64,000 bases of DNA from an uncultured Gemmatimonadales bacterium (GTDB lineage Bacteria; Gemmatimonadota; Gemmatimonadetes; Gemmatimonadales; GWC2-71-9), in contig CAWJIM010000024.1 in the NCBI GenBank assembly GCA_963842945.1, positions 32,001 to 96,000 on the forward strand, given 5' to 3'. Position 1 is the first letter of the stretch, and the number at the start of each line of letters is the position of its first letter. The notes under the pieces are model-generated. The model worked only from the letters and a program-made list of their open reading frames with translations. It did no database searches and had not been told where the DNA came from. The position numbers were made by a program, and so were the translations under genes. This document shows, piece by piece, positions 53,770 through 64,000 of this stretch.

Positions 53770-54543
53770 TCACGCCGCGGGTTTGGAGGGACAGACCTCG
53801 CCGACTTGGGGGGCACGGGGATGAAACCGACGGATGTACCCGCAGGTCTCCTGCACATCTTCGCGATATCCCAGCGCCTTATATGCCTGAACCAGCTTGA
53901 CCAAAGCCTCCGGAACGATCGCGGCCTTGGGATAAGTGGCCACCACGTCCTTGAGATAGAGGATGGCGGAGTCGTACGCCTTCAGGCGGAAGTAGAACAT
54001 TCCCGCCTTGTACTCCTTGGTGGCAAACCGCTCGTTGAGCTCGGCGATCCGCAGTTGTCCCCGGTTTGCCGCGCTGCTGCCGGGATACCTATTCAATAGC
54101 TCCTGATAGGTGGAGAGGGCGGTCTGTCCATACGTGGGGTCCAACTCAGGCCGCCGCCAGAGATCGGCGTAGACGTCGCCGAGGCGGAGCAGGGCCTCAG
54201 GAGCAATCGGATCGTTGGGCGTTTCATCCGAGGCCCTGCGGAACTCGCGGGCCGCCTCGAGCTGGTGATTTTGAGCGAATAGCGCCTCGCCCAGATAGTA
54301 GTGTGCTCGGCCAACCCGCGGATCTCCCGGAGAAAATTCCAGATTGATCCGATCGAGCAGCTTCTCGGCGTCACCCCATTTCCCATGATGAACCGCCTGC
54401 TCCGCCTGCTGCCATAGAGAGTCGATGCTCGCTGCACTCGCTCCGGTGGCAGATGCGGGCGCCGGCGCACTGCTTCCCCGGCTGCGCCCGCCGCCGCACC
54501 CGGCCAGCAGAAGCAGAGCCCACAGAGAGAAGGCCCTGCTCAT
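53770..54543 (-). CDS. bamD: Outer membrane assembly lipoprotein BamD
   Basis: LAGC lipobox, TPRs, ELDPTYGQTA..YQELLNRYP and YFRLKAYDSAI. Confidence 0.85.
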   Translation of the reverse strand: MSRAFSLWALLLLAGCGGGRSRGSSAPAPASATGASAASIDSLWQQAEQAVHHGKWGDAEKLLDRINLEFSPGDPRVGRAHYYLGEALFAQNHQLEAAREFRRASDETPNDPIAPEALLRLGDVYADLWRRPELDPTYGQTALSTYQELLNRYPGSSAANRGQLRIAELNERFATKEYKAGMFYFRLKAYDSAILYLKDVVATYPKAAIVPEALVKLVQAYKALGYREDVQETCGYIRRFHPRAPQVGEVCPSKPAA

Positions 54544-55463
54544 CGAAGGATCGTCCCGGTCAGCGGGCTCGAGGTCCGGGCGCGCAACTCCTCCAGCCGA
54601 TCCCGCGCCATCTGCATGGTGGAATCGCTTTGGACTGCGTCGGCCGTCACGGCGCGGTACGCCTCAGCCGCGGCTGCGGTATCTCCCAGCCGAGCCCGAG
54701 CATCTCCGTATCCCACCAGAGCGCGGCGGCCGACGGGAGTACCGGAATCCACTCTGATGGCGGCGGCAAACCAAAGCGCGGCATCCTCGGGCTTACTGGC
54801 CGCCTCGGCGCGAAGCCCCAGGGCCAGTGAGCAACCGGCGACACCATCCTCGGCCCGGGTGCGGACCTCGTTGCTGCGACTTCGGCGGACCGTAGCCTGA
54901 AACACCGGGAATGCCTGATCGCAGCCCGAGGTTTCCTGCAGGGCCGCCGCGTAGACTCCAAGCAAGGAGTCCACGGTTTCGGCATCGGGCGCCGCGCCAA
55001 TGGCCGCGGGCAGGACTGCCACGAGATCGTTGGCCTCGGCTCCGGGACGGCGCACCACGGCCAGAGCATAGCGGCCGATGGAGCGGCTTGGCGCGATCAT
55101 CCCGAGACCGATGACCGCGGATTCGAGGCGTCTGGTATCACCGGCTCGGTCGGCCCCGCGGGCCACCGCCTCGAGACCCTCCGCCGCTTCTTCTGCCCGG
55201 GTGGGATCTTCGGCTGCCAGCCGCAGGTAGGCGTCCGATGCGACTTCGAGGTTGCCGGTGTGGAGCGCCGCGGCGCCTACCTTGGCCCATACCCTGGCGT
55301 CAGGATCTTTGGCCACCGCCGCCCGGTACTGGGCCAGAGCCACGGCGTAGTTGCCCTGGCCGTAGGCATCATCCCCCTGGCGTTCCTGGTCCCGCCCGCC
55401 TCCACACGCTGCCAGCGCAGCCAATGCGACCGCTCCACCCACGCTCAACCACTCAGTCGTCAC
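54540..55463 (-). CDS. TPR-like lipoprotein of unknown function
   Basis: LAAC lipobox and Ala-rich helical repeats; GTGA overlap with the upstream gene. Confidence 0.72.
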   Translation of the reverse strand: MTTEWLSVGGAVALAALAACGGGRDQERQGDDAYGQGNYAVALAQYRAAVAKDPDARVWAKVGAAALHTGNLEVASDAYLRLAAEDPTRAEEAAEGLEAVARGADRAGDTRRLESAVIGLGMIAPSRSIGRYALAVVRRPGAEANDLVAVLPAAIGAAPDAETVDSLLGVYAAALQETSGCDQAFPVFQATVRRSRSNEVRTRAEDGVAGCSLALGLRAEAASKPEDAALWFAAAIRVDSGTPVGRRALVGYGDARARLGDTAAAAEAYRAVTADAVQSDSTMQMARDRLEELRARTSSPLTGTILR

Positions 55464-56170
55464 TGACCTGCCCGGGTAAGCATCGACAGGTAAGCCTCCA
55501 CTCGGGCGTTCTCCGGGCGCCGCGACAGGCACGATTGCCACACCTCCCGGGCACCATCGGCATCGCCCGAGAGAAAGTGGGCGAGCCCCAGCGCAGCCTG
55601 GGCGTCGATGAAGTTGGGGCGTTCCCGGAGCACCTCTTCCAGTGTCATTCGCGCGTCCAGGGGCCGTCCTGCCTCGAGCAGGAGCCGGGCAAGACGGTAA
55701 CGCAGATCGTGAAAGGTGGGTCCCAGCTCCAGGGCCCGCTCATACTGCTCTATGGCCCGGTTCAGCGCGCCGGCCCCGGCGTAGGTCTCGGCCAGGTCTG
55801 CGTGATGGTTGGCAAGCTGGGCAGCAACCGGCAGGGGCAAGCCGTCAGCCGTTTTGTGATCGATGCTCGATGCCGCGTGGTTGAACGCTTCCTCCGCCTC
55901 ATCGGTTCGGCCCAGCTCATTGAGCACCAGTCCGCGATGGATCAAGGCCTCGACGTAATTCGGATTCAGCTCCAGCGCGCGCTCCAACTCCTTCAAGGCG
56001 CGCTCCGATTGCCCCAGCAGCGAGAGCGAAACCCCGAGGAGGTGATGGACGTCGGCGAAGGCCCGCCCCGAATCGACAATCGATTCGAGCAGATGGACCG
56101 CCCCGTAGTAATCCTGTACCACGAATCGCTCCCGGGCCCGCGCCAACAGGAGATCAGTCTGCCCGGCCAT
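55460..56170 (-). CDS. Tetratricopeptide repeat protein
   Basis: Multiple TPRs (ALELNPNYVEA, ALELGPTFHD); start MAGQTD. Confidence 0.85.
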   Translation of the reverse strand: MAGQTDLLLARARERFVVQDYYGAVHLLESIVDSGRAFADVHHLLGVSLSLLGQSERALKELERALELNPNYVEALIHRGLVLNELGRTDEAEEAFNHAASSIDHKTADGLPLPVAAQLANHHADLAETYAGAGALNRAIEQYERALELGPTFHDLRYRLARLLLEAGRPLDARMTLEEVLRERPNFIDAQAALGLAHFLSGDADGAREVWQSCLSRRPENARVEAYLSMLTRAGQ

Positions 56171-57122
56171 AAGCCTCTCTGAACCAGTGGACGAAACGAT
56201 GAATGCCGTCGGAGAACGCAATCTTCGGCCGATAGCCCAGCACCGCCGAGGATTTCGTGAGATCGGCGGCGGTCTGCTGTACATCGCCCGGCTGCATCGG
56301 GGCCCACTCGATCTTCGGCTTGACGCCGAGTGCGGCGGCGATCTCCGCCACCATGGCCTCAGTCTGCACCGGCCGATTCCCGCCGAGGTTGAAGGTCTCG
56401 ACCCCCACTGGAGCCGTTGCGCTCCAGTCGACGGCCGAGAGCACACCAGCGATGATATCGTCGCAGTAGGTGTAGTCGCGCGCCTGGGTGCCGTCCCCGA
56501 ATAGAGTGAGAGGACACCCTTCCACCATCCTCCGGGTGAAGGCGTGGATGGCCAGATCGGGACGCTGCCGGGGGCCGTAGACGGTGAAGAACCGAAGCGA
56601 CACCGTCTGGAACCCGTAGATCGGCGCTACCGATTGTAGCAAGAGCTCCCCCGCGCGCTTGGTGGCGGCATAAGGAGAAACCGGTACGACGGCCACCGCG
56701 TCTTCGCGGAACGGCACTGGAGTGCTGTCGCCGTACACGGAGGAGGAAGACCCAAAGACAAAGCGGGCCACTCCCGCCTGTCGAGCCGCTTCGGCCACGG
56801 CAGCGGTCCCGGTGACGTTGGCCCGGGCGTACCCCACCGGGTCGGCCAGGGAAGGCCGAACCCCCGCCTTGGCCGCGAGATGCACAATGACGGTGTCGGC
56901 GGTAAGCAGCGAGCGGAGCGCCTTCACCTCGAGCAGGTCCAGCTCCCGAAAGGTGAATCCGGCCGGGCACCCGATCTCTGCCAGGTTTCGTTCCTTCATG
57001 GCCCGGGGATAAAACGGATCGAAGTTATCGATGCCGATGACTTCGTCGCCCTGCCGTATCAGCGCCTGAACCAGATGCGATCCAATGAACCCAGCAGCCC
57101 CCGTAACCAGGACCCGCGTCAC
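56154..57122 (-). CDS. NAD-dependent epimerase (UDP-glucuronate 4-epimerase-like)
   Basis: TGAAGFIGSH, HLAAKAGVR, YAATK and RFFTVYGPRQRPD motifs. Confidence 0.9.
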   Translation of the reverse strand: MTRVLVTGAAGFIGSHLVQALIRQGDEVIGIDNFDPFYPRAMKERNLAEIGCPAGFTFRELDLLEVKALRSLLTADTVIVHLAAKAGVRPSLADPVGYARANVTGTAAVAEAARQAGVARFVFGSSSSVYGDSTPVPFREDAVAVVPVSPYAATKRAGELLLQSVAPIYGFQTVSLRFFTVYGPRQRPDLAIHAFTRRMVEGCPLTLFGDGTQARDYTYCDDIIAGVLSAVDWSATAPVGVETFNLGGNRPVQTEAMVAEIAAALGVKPKIEWAPMQPGDVQQTAADLTKSSAVLGYRPKIAFSDGIHRFVHWFREAYGRAD

Positions 57123-58428
57123 CTGCGGCCCCGGCCGATCCCGTGATATTCAAACCCGAGTGAGGCCATACGGTCAGGGTCGTACAGATTGCGGCCGTCA
57201 ATCAGGAGGGGTCTGCGCACCAGTTTTCGGACCCGGTCGAAGTCGGGATTGCGATAGACCAGCCACTCCGTCATTACGAGCAGGGCGTCGACCCCGTGGG
57301 CGGCGCTGTAGGGATCGGCGGCATACATGAGACGGTCGCCGAAAATCAGCCGGGCCGAGTCGGTGGCCCTAGGATCGTGAGTTTGTACCCGGGCTCCGGC
57401 TGCGAGCAGACCCTCGATCACCGGGATGGCCGGACTCTCCCGCATGTCATCGGTCTCGGCCTTAAAGGCAAGACCCCAGATCCCGATGCTCTTTCCCGTA
57501 AGATCCTGCCCGAGATAGCGCAGCGTCTTCTGGAAAACGATCTGCTTCTGGCACTCGTTGACGTGCTCGACCGCCTTCAACACGTCAAGGGAAAGACCGA
57601 GATCGTCGGACGTGCGAATCAGCGCTTTGACATCCTTGGGGAAACAACTCCCCCCGTACCCCGGCCCGGGATACAGGAACGCCCGACCAATCCGCTGGTC
57701 CGAGCCGATTCCCAGCCTGACATGGTTGACGTCGGCGCCAACCAGCTCGCAGAACATCGCCATCTGGTTCATGAACGAGATCCGGGTCGCCAGCATGGCG
57801 TTGGCCGCATACTTCGTGACCTCGGCCGAGGCGATGTCCATGAAGAGGATGCGGTTTCCCCCTGGCGGGTGAAAGGAGCATAGAGCTCTTCCATCACCTC
57901 TTTGGCTTCATCGTTGTCCACTCCAATTACCACCCGGTCGGGCTTCATGAAGTCCTCGATTGCCGCGCCTTCCTTCAGGAACTCGGGATTGGAGCAGACC
58001 GAAAAAGGAATGTCCGTCTCTGACCGGATGGCGGCCCGGACCTTTTCCGCGGTGCCGACGGGAACGGTGGACTTGGTGACCACGATCTTGGGCTCGTTCA
58101 TGTTCCGGCCCACCGCATGGGCGACTGCCAGGACATGCTTCAGATCGGCAGAGCCGTCCTCTCCCGGCGGAGTTCCCACCGCAATGAAGATCACCCGGGA
58201 GCTTCGCACCGCCGCACCCAGGTCGGTGGTAAACGTGAGCCGCCCTTCGTCCTGATTCCGCTTGACCATGGGCTCGAGACCCGGCTCGTAAATGGGGATC
58301 TCGTTGCGTTGCAGCCGGGCGATCTTTTCTGCGTCTACGTCCACACAGGTCACATCGTTTCCGGTCTCGGCCAGACAAGCCCCGGCCACCAGTCCGACGT
58401 AGCCGCTTCCGATCACCGCTACATGCAT
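57119..58428 (-). CDS. ugd: UDP-glucose 6-dehydrogenase (frameshift at 57858-57862)
   Basis: [28 protein letters not shown] and [10 protein letters not shown] motifs. Confidence 0.92.
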
Positions 58429-58429
58429 G

Positions 58430-59725
58430 TCAGATCTCTTTCGGGAGTGCGTTTCTGGTATCCACGACCAGCCGGGCGGTGCGCTTGATCATGTGGTAGT
58501 CCACCGAGCTGTGGTCGGTGACGATCATGATGCAATCGGCTGCAGCCACCGTCTCCGGGGTGAGCGCAACCGACCGGAACTCGGTCCCGTCTTCCCTGAA
58601 CTTGGGCACGTGAGGATCCGAGTAAGTCACCTTGGCCCCCTGCCCTTTGAGCAGACGGATAATGTCCAACGCCGGGCTCTCGCGGATGTCGTCGATGTTC
58701 CGCTTGTACGCCACCCCAAGCACCAGGACCGAGGCCCCCCGTACCGCCTTGCCCTGTCCGTTCAGGGCCTCGGCTAGCTTGCGGACCCAGAACTCCGGCA
58801 TTTCGGTGTTGAGCTCGCCGGCCAGGTCGATAAACCGGGTTTTGTAGTTGAGTCCACGCATTTTCCAGGCGAGGTAATGCGGGTCGATCGGAATGCAGTG
58901 GCCACCCAAGCCGGGGCCGGGCAAGAATTTCATGAACCCGAACGGCTTGGTGGCGGCGGCCTCGATCACCTCCCAGACATTCACCCCCAGCTTGTCGCAC
59001 ACGATGGCCATCTCATTGACCAGACCGATGTTGACGCTCCGGAAGGTGTTCTCCAGCAGCTTGACCAGCTCGGCCGCTTCGGTGGTGGACACGGGCACGA
59101 GGGTGTCGATCGCCGGCTGGTACAGCGCCACGGCAACCTTGCGGCAGTCCTCGGTGATGCCTCCGACCACCTTAGGTGTGTTACGGGTGCCATAGTGTGG
59201 ATTTCCGGGATCAACCCGCTCGGGGCTGAAGGCCAGGAAGAAGTCCCGGCCCACGGCAAGTCCGGTGCTCTCCAGGGCCGGGAGCATGATCTCGCGGGTG
59301 GTCCCGGGATAGGTGGTGCTCTCCAGGATGATCGCCTGGCCCCGCCGAAGCCGCTTCTTTACCGCCTCGGTTGCGGCCACGATGTAACTGACGTCCGGGT
59401 CTTTGAACTTGGAGAGCGGAGTCGGCACGCAGATCGAGATGGCGTCCGGCTCTGACAGACGCGACATATCCGTGGTCGCGCTGAACCGCTCACACTGCTG
59501 CTGCAGCTGCTTGTCGGTTACGTCTTTTACGTGGGAACGGCCGGCGTTCAGCCCATCTACCACATCGGGTTTCACCTCGAAGCCCAGCACCCGATAGCCG
59601 GCCTGAGCCAGCTCCACCGCCAGCGGAAGCCCAACGTAGCCGAGGCCAACGATGCCAAACAGGATCTGGCGTCGCTCGGCCTTTCCGATCAGGTCCTGGG
59701 CGATACCCACGGGTCTCTCGATCAC
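58430..59725 (-). CDS. UDP-N-acetylglucosamine 6-dehydrogenase (WbpA-like)
   Basis: [26 protein letters not shown] and GGHCIPIDP motifs. Confidence 0.88.
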   Translation of the reverse strand: MIERPVGIAQDLIGKAERRQILFGIVGLGYVGLPLAVELAQAGYRVLGFEVKPDVVDGLNAGRSHVKDVTDKQLQQQCERFSATTDMSRLSEPDAISICVPTPLSKFKDPDVSYIVAATEAVKKRLRRGQAIILESTTYPGTTREIMLPALESTGLAVGRDFFLAFSPERVDPGNPHYGTRNTPKVVGGITEDCRKVAVALYQPAIDTLVPVSTTEAAELVKLLENTFRSVNIGLVNEMAIVCDKLGVNVWEVIEAAATKPFGFMKFLPGPGLGGHCIPIDPHYLAWKMRGLNYKTRFIDLAGELNTEMPEFWVRKLAEALNGQGKAVRGASVLVLGVAYKRNIDDIRESPALDIIRLLKGQGAKVTYSDPHVPKFREDGTEFRSVALTPETVAAADCIMIVTDHSSVDYHMIKRTARLVVDTRNALPKEI

Positions 59726-60837
59726 GCGTAGAAAGATTTCACGGTTTCAATCACCGTGTTCTGCTGCTGTTCCGTAAGCTCGGGGTACACCGGCAAGGAC
59801 AATACCGACTCCATGGCAGCCTCCGCAGCCGGAAGACGCCCACGCCGGTAGCCGAGATGCGCAAAGCAGGGCTGGAGGTGAAGCGCCAGTGGATAGTAGA
59901 TAGCGTGACCTATTCCCTGCTCCTTGAGATGGGCCTGCAGCTCATCCCGCTGGGGCACGCGAATGGTGTACTGATGAAAGATGTGGTCATTGGCGGGATC
60001 GATCGCGGGGGGACAGACCGACGGGAGGCCCGTGAACGCCTCCGTGTAGCGTGCCGCATTCCGCTTCCGAGCCTGATTCCATCGCTCCAGGTAGGGCAGC
60101 TTGGCCAGAAGAACCGCCGCTTGCAGGGTGTCCAGCCGGCTATTCGTTCCCACCTCCTCATGCAGGTACTGCCGGGAACCGCCGTGGAGCCGGAGACGCC
60201 GAAGCCGTTCGGCCAGCTTGTCGTCCTGGGTGACCATTAGCCCTGCGTCCCCCCAAGCCCCCAGGTTCTTCGTGGGAAAAAAGGACAGAGTCCCGACGCT
60301 GCCGAGCTCACCCGACATGCGCCATTGTCCGTCGACTTTCCGCTTGGCCCCGATGCTCTGAGCTCCGTCTTCGATGACCGGAAGCCCGTGCCGGGCCGCT
60401 ATGCGCATGATCGATTCCATGGCAGCCATCTGGCCGAAGAGATGGACGACGATGATGGCCCGGGTCCGCGGGGTAATGGCCGCCTCGATGGCTTCGGGGC
60501 TGATATTCATCGTGGTCGGATCGATGTCCACGAACACCGGAGTACCACCCGCGTTGTGGACCGTTCCCGCGGTCGCGAAGAAGGTGAAGGGCGTGGTGAT
60601 CACCTCGTCTCCGGACCGAAGATCCAGCGCCTTGAGCGGCAACAACAAGGCGTCGGTCCCACTGGCGCAGGCAATGCCGTGCTTCGTATGGGATAGCCGG
60701 GCGATCTCGGCCTCGAGGCGCGACACCTCAGGGCCCATGATGAAGCTCTGCCGCTCGATCACCTCCATCATGGCGGCGAGCACATCGTCTTTGATCTCAC
60801 GATACTGCGCGACCAGATCGAGGAGAGGTACGCTCAC
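59722..60837 (-). CDS. DegT/DnrJ aminotransferase (WbpE-like)
   Basis: SGTDAL, EDGAQ, SFFPTKNLG and NSRLDTLQAA motifs. Confidence 0.9.
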   Translation of the reverse strand: MSVPLLDLVAQYREIKDDVLAAMMEVIERQSFIMGPEVSRLEAEIARLSHTKHGIACASGTDALLLPLKALDLRSGDEVITTPFTFFATAGTVHNAGGTPVFVDIDPTTMNISPEAIEAAITPRTRAIIVVHLFGQMAAMESIMRIAARHGLPVIEDGAQSIGAKRKVDGQWRMSGELGSVGTLSFFPTKNLGAWGDAGLMVTQDDKLAERLRRLRLHGGSRQYLHEEVGTNSRLDTLQAAVLLAKLPYLERWNQARKRNAARYTEAFTGLPSVCPPAIDPANDHIFHQYTIRVPQRDELQAHLKEQGIGHAIYYPLALHLQPCFAHLGYRRGRLPAAEAAMESVLSLPVYPELTEQQQNTVIETVKSFYA

Positions 60838-60984
60838 GACAGTCCTGGGCCTTTGCTCCGTCCAGTCGGGGCTGGAGCGGTCATGTGGAAGCGCCCGATG
60901 CTCCAGCCGATCCGGCTGAGCCCGGGCGCGCAGTGTCGCGGAACCATAGACAGCTAGAGAAGTTAGCCGGGTGGCCTGGGTGGG

Positions 60985-61555
60985 TCAATCAGCCGGAGCA
61001 ACTCCATCGGATTCACGATAACCGGTCCCGCAGGCTGCGCAGGTTGCCCGGCCGTCCCGGAACTGCAGGCGCACTCCGCAGCGACACATCCAGCCGACCC
61101 GGCGGGCAGGGACGCCGACCATGATGGCGAAGGGCGGGACATCGCTCCTGACCACCGCCCCCGCTCCGATGAAGCTGTATTCGCCCAGGGTTAATTCCGC
61201 ACAGGATCGTGGCGTTGGCGCCGATCGAGGTCCCCCGGCGAACCAGCGTGCGCTGATACTCAGCCTTCCGGGACACATGGCTGCGCGGATTGACCACGTT
61301 GGTGAACACGCAGCTGGGCCCGCAGAACACATCGTCCTCCAGGACCACGCCCTCATAGATGGACACGTTGTTCTGCACCTTCACGTTGTTGCCCAGCTGG
61401 GACCCCTGCATGACCACCACGTTCTGCCCCAGGTTGCAGCGTTCGCCGATGATGGCCCCGGGCATGACATGGCAGAAATGCCAGATCTTGGTGCCCTTCC
61501 CGATCTGGGCCCCATCATCGATATAGGAGGATTCGTGGGCGAAGTAGTCGGGCAT
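60985..61555 (-). CDS. Hexapeptide N-acetyltransferase (WbpD-like; frameshift near 61191)
   Basis: [32 protein letters not shown] and VGWMCRCG motifs. Confidence 0.88.
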
Positions 61556-61568
61556 TCACCTCTCACTC

Positions 61569-62517
61569 TCATAGGTATTCCCCCCTGGCCCCGATCAGCT
61601 TGACTTCGGGATCGAGCCGCACGCCGAACCGCTCCTCCACCGTACGCTGCACATGGTCGATCAATCGCCGAACGTCGGCAGCGGTGGCGCCTTCGGTATT
61701 CACGAAGTAGTTGGCGTGCATCGGTGAAACCTGGGCTCCGCCGATGCTGAATCCTTTCAGTCCGGCCGCCTCGATCAGCTGCCCCGCCGTTTTCGGGCCC
61801 GCTCTCCCGCTTCCAGCTGGGCCCTGAAGGGTTCTTAAAGACGCTGCCGCAACAGGGCTGGTTGAAGGGCGTACCCTTCTGCCGCCACTCGAAGAGTTCG
61901 GCGACCGCTTCCTCCAGCCGGGCAGGCTCTTCGGGCCGCAACTGCACGGTCGTTTCCAGCACGATCCGGCCATCCAGGCCGCTCCGCCGGTAGGTGAAAG
62001 GGACATCTCGACGATTCAGCACGCTGTCATTCCCGTGGCCGTCCACCACCGTGACCTGCTGCACTACCTCGGCCCAATCGCCGCCGTGACAGCCGGCATT
62101 CATGAACACGCCGCCACCGACGGTGCCGGGCACTCCCACGAAGATGTGCAGCCCGGCAAAGCCGGCTTCGGCCGTCCTGCGCGCGGCGAGGGGAGCGGGA
62201 AGACCAGCGCCGATGGTCCAGCGATCCTTATCCTGCTGCAGCCGGTCCAGGCCCTTTCCCATCCGGATCACCAGGGCGTCCAGTCCTTCATCCGGGAGCA
62301 GGATGTTGGAGCCGAGTCCCAGGGCGAACCATGGAGTGCTGGTTTCGCTGGCCAGACGAAGGGCCGCCGCAACATCGGCTGGAGTCTTGGGCAGCAGCAC
62401 AGTGGCCGGCCCGCCGATCCGATAGGTGGAGTAGCGGGCGACGGACTCCCCTTCCCGCACCGTCCCGGCAACCCGATCCCGCAGCGCAGTGACGAAGTTC
62501 GCGCTGCGGGCGCTCAC
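61569..62517 (-). CDS. murB: UDP-N-acetylenolpyruvoylglucosamine reductase (frameshift at ~61795-61800)
   Basis: [43 protein letters not shown] and LDPEV motifs. Confidence 0.94.
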
Positions 62518-64000
62518 CCGGTCCACTCCGGAGACATCTCCCGCGCCAGCGCATGCCACTCCTGCAGCGGCCGCACCTCACCGGCCCGGCTCCTCAGCGC
62601 GATGACCGCATCACACGCGGCGGAAGCCGCGGACAACGTGGTGGTGTACGGTACCCGGTGCTGGAGAGCCGCACGGCGGATGGCGTAGTCGTCCTGCTGG
62701 GTGAGCTTTCCCAGGGGAGTGTTGATGAGGAGCTGAATCTGGCCCGAAACCAGGAGGTCGATGGCGTTGGGCCGGCCCTCGTACACCTTGAGAACCCGCT
62801 CGGTGGGGATGCCGCGGGCCCGAAGATAGCGCGCCGTTCCCTCTGTCCCCAGCACCCGGAACCCCAGCGCATGAAACCGACGGGCAATGGGAACGACGTT
62901 CGCCTTGTCGTGATCGTTTACCGTGACAAAGACCGAGCCCTCGAGAGGCAATGCGCCGTCGGCGGAGATCTGTGCCTTGGCGAAAGCCATCCCGAAGGAA
63001 TCGGCGATACCCATGACCTCGCCGGTTGAGCGCATCTCCGGCCCCAGGATCAGATCTACCCCCTGAAGCTTGCTGAAAGGAAAGACCGCTTCCTTGACGG
63101 CGACGTAGGGCTGCAGCACGTCGTCGTGGAGCCCCAGCTCCTCGAGGGTCTTTCCCACCATCACTGCCGCAGCCAGGCTGGCCAGTGGAACGCCGGTGGT
63201 TTTGGAGACGAAGGGAACGGTGCGGGAGCCCCGGGGATTCACCTCGAGGACATAAACCACGTCGTGCTTGATGGCGAATTGAACGTTGAGGAGACCCACC
63301 ACGCCCAACCGCTCGGCAAAGGCCCTGGTGTGTCGCCGCATCTCATCCACCTGGGCCTCGGTAATGAGATACGGCGGCAGCACACAGGCGGAGTCCCCCG
63401 AGTGGATCCCCGCATCCTCGATATGCTGCATGACTCCGCCAATGACACAGCGGGTGCCATCGGCGATCGCGTCGACGTCGGCTTCGAACGCGTCCTCCAG
63501 AAAGCTGTCTATGAGAACCGGGTGCTCCGGCGCAACCCGCGCTGCCCGCCCGAAGTAATTCCTGAGCGAGGCGTCGTCGTAAACAATTTCCATGGCCCTT
63601 CCGCCCAGCACATACGACGGACGCACCAGAACCGGATAGCCCACCCGCGCGGCCACCGCCACTGCCTCCTCGATCGAATGCGCCACCCCGCTGGGAGGCT
63701 GAGCCACGCCGAGCTCCCGGCTGATGGCCTCGAAACGCCCCCGATCCTCCGCCAGATCGATGGCCTCGGGTGAAGTACCCAGAATCGAGACCCCTTCCGC
63801 CTCGAGAGCTCGGGCCAAACGGAGCGGAGTTTGTCCGCCCAGCTGGACGACCACTCCGATCGGCTGCTCCACAGCTACCACCTCGAGCACGTCCTCCAAA
63901 GTAAGCGGCTCGAAGTAGAGGGCATCGGAGATGTCGAAATCGGTGGAGACCGTTTCGGGGTTGGAGTTCACCATGACGGTGCGATAGCCCATCTCCCGAA
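62514..64000 (-). CDS. carB: Carbamoyl-phosphate synthase large subunit, 3' part
   Basis: NPETVSTD, RPSYVLGG, HSGDS, EVNPR, GPEMRSTGE and MGS domain. Confidence 0.98.
   Translation of the reverse strand, partial: REMGYRTVMVNSNPETVSTDFDISDALYFEPLTLEDVLEVVAVEQPIGVVVQLGGQTPLRLARALEAEGVSILGTSPEAIDLAEDRGRFEAISRELGVAQPPSGVAHSIEEAVAVAARVGYPVLVRPSYVLGGRAMEIVYDDASLRNYFGRAARVAPEHPVLIDSFLEDAFEADVDAIADGTRCVIGGVMQHIEDAGIHSGDSACVLPPYLITEAQVDEMRRHTRAFAERLGVVGLLNVQFAIKHDVVYVLEVNPRGSRTVPFVSKTTGVPLASLAAAVMVGKTLEELGLHDDVLQPYVAVKEAVFPFSKLQGVDLILGPEMRSTGEVMGIADSFGMAFAKAQISADGALPLEGSVFVTVNDHDKANVVPIARRFHALGFRVLGTEGTARYLRARGIPTERVLKVYEGRPNAIDLLVSGQIQLLINTPLGKLTQQDDYAIRRAALQHRVPYTTTLSAASAACDAVIALRSRAGEVRPLQEWHALAREMSPEWTG

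Overview
This is a GC-rich core-chromosome segment, almost all on the minus strand. It most likely comes from a Gemmatimonadota (Gemmatimonadales-like) bacterium, inferred from gene order and the FCB-type SecA and LptD. In transcription order (right to left) it carries: carB (3' part), murB, a nucleotide-sugar cluster (wbpD-, wbpE- and wbpA-like genes, ugd, an epimerase), TPR genes, bamD, nadD, secA, radC, rel, an EVE gene, uvrB, tsaE, tsaB, rimI, ssb, a LysM (TsaP-like) gene, an epimerase, tolQRAB-pal-cpoB, a TatC-LptD fused ORF, a lipoprotein, hutH, a large SgmX-like TPR gene, a polyprenyl synthase, DUF4321, tatA, ppiD/surA (+), TPR-aroQ-pepP-efp-accB-pilT-accC-comB-ftsK, an SSS transporter pair (+), yraN, recA-recX, alaS, cpsB, gmhA, an SDR, asparaginase, cca, a ZIP transporter and rarA (5' part). 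About 13 single-base frameshifts, several in essential genes and mostly at homopolymers, look like long-read sequencing errors. I saw no rRNA, tRNA, CRISPR array or IS element. The most notable items are: (1) an in-frame TatC-LptD polyprotein with an internal signal-peptidase-like site; (2) a GCGGGGAA/GCGGGGCA octamer repeat family that forms palindromes after stop codons and also sits in frame inside alaS and ftsK; (3) a separate heptamer palindrome family; (4) repeated ACCGA boxes upstream of recA; (5) leaderless-type promoters; (6) a relic C-terminus of a PQQ dehydrogenase; (7) scattered myxobacteria-like type IV pilus polarity genes.
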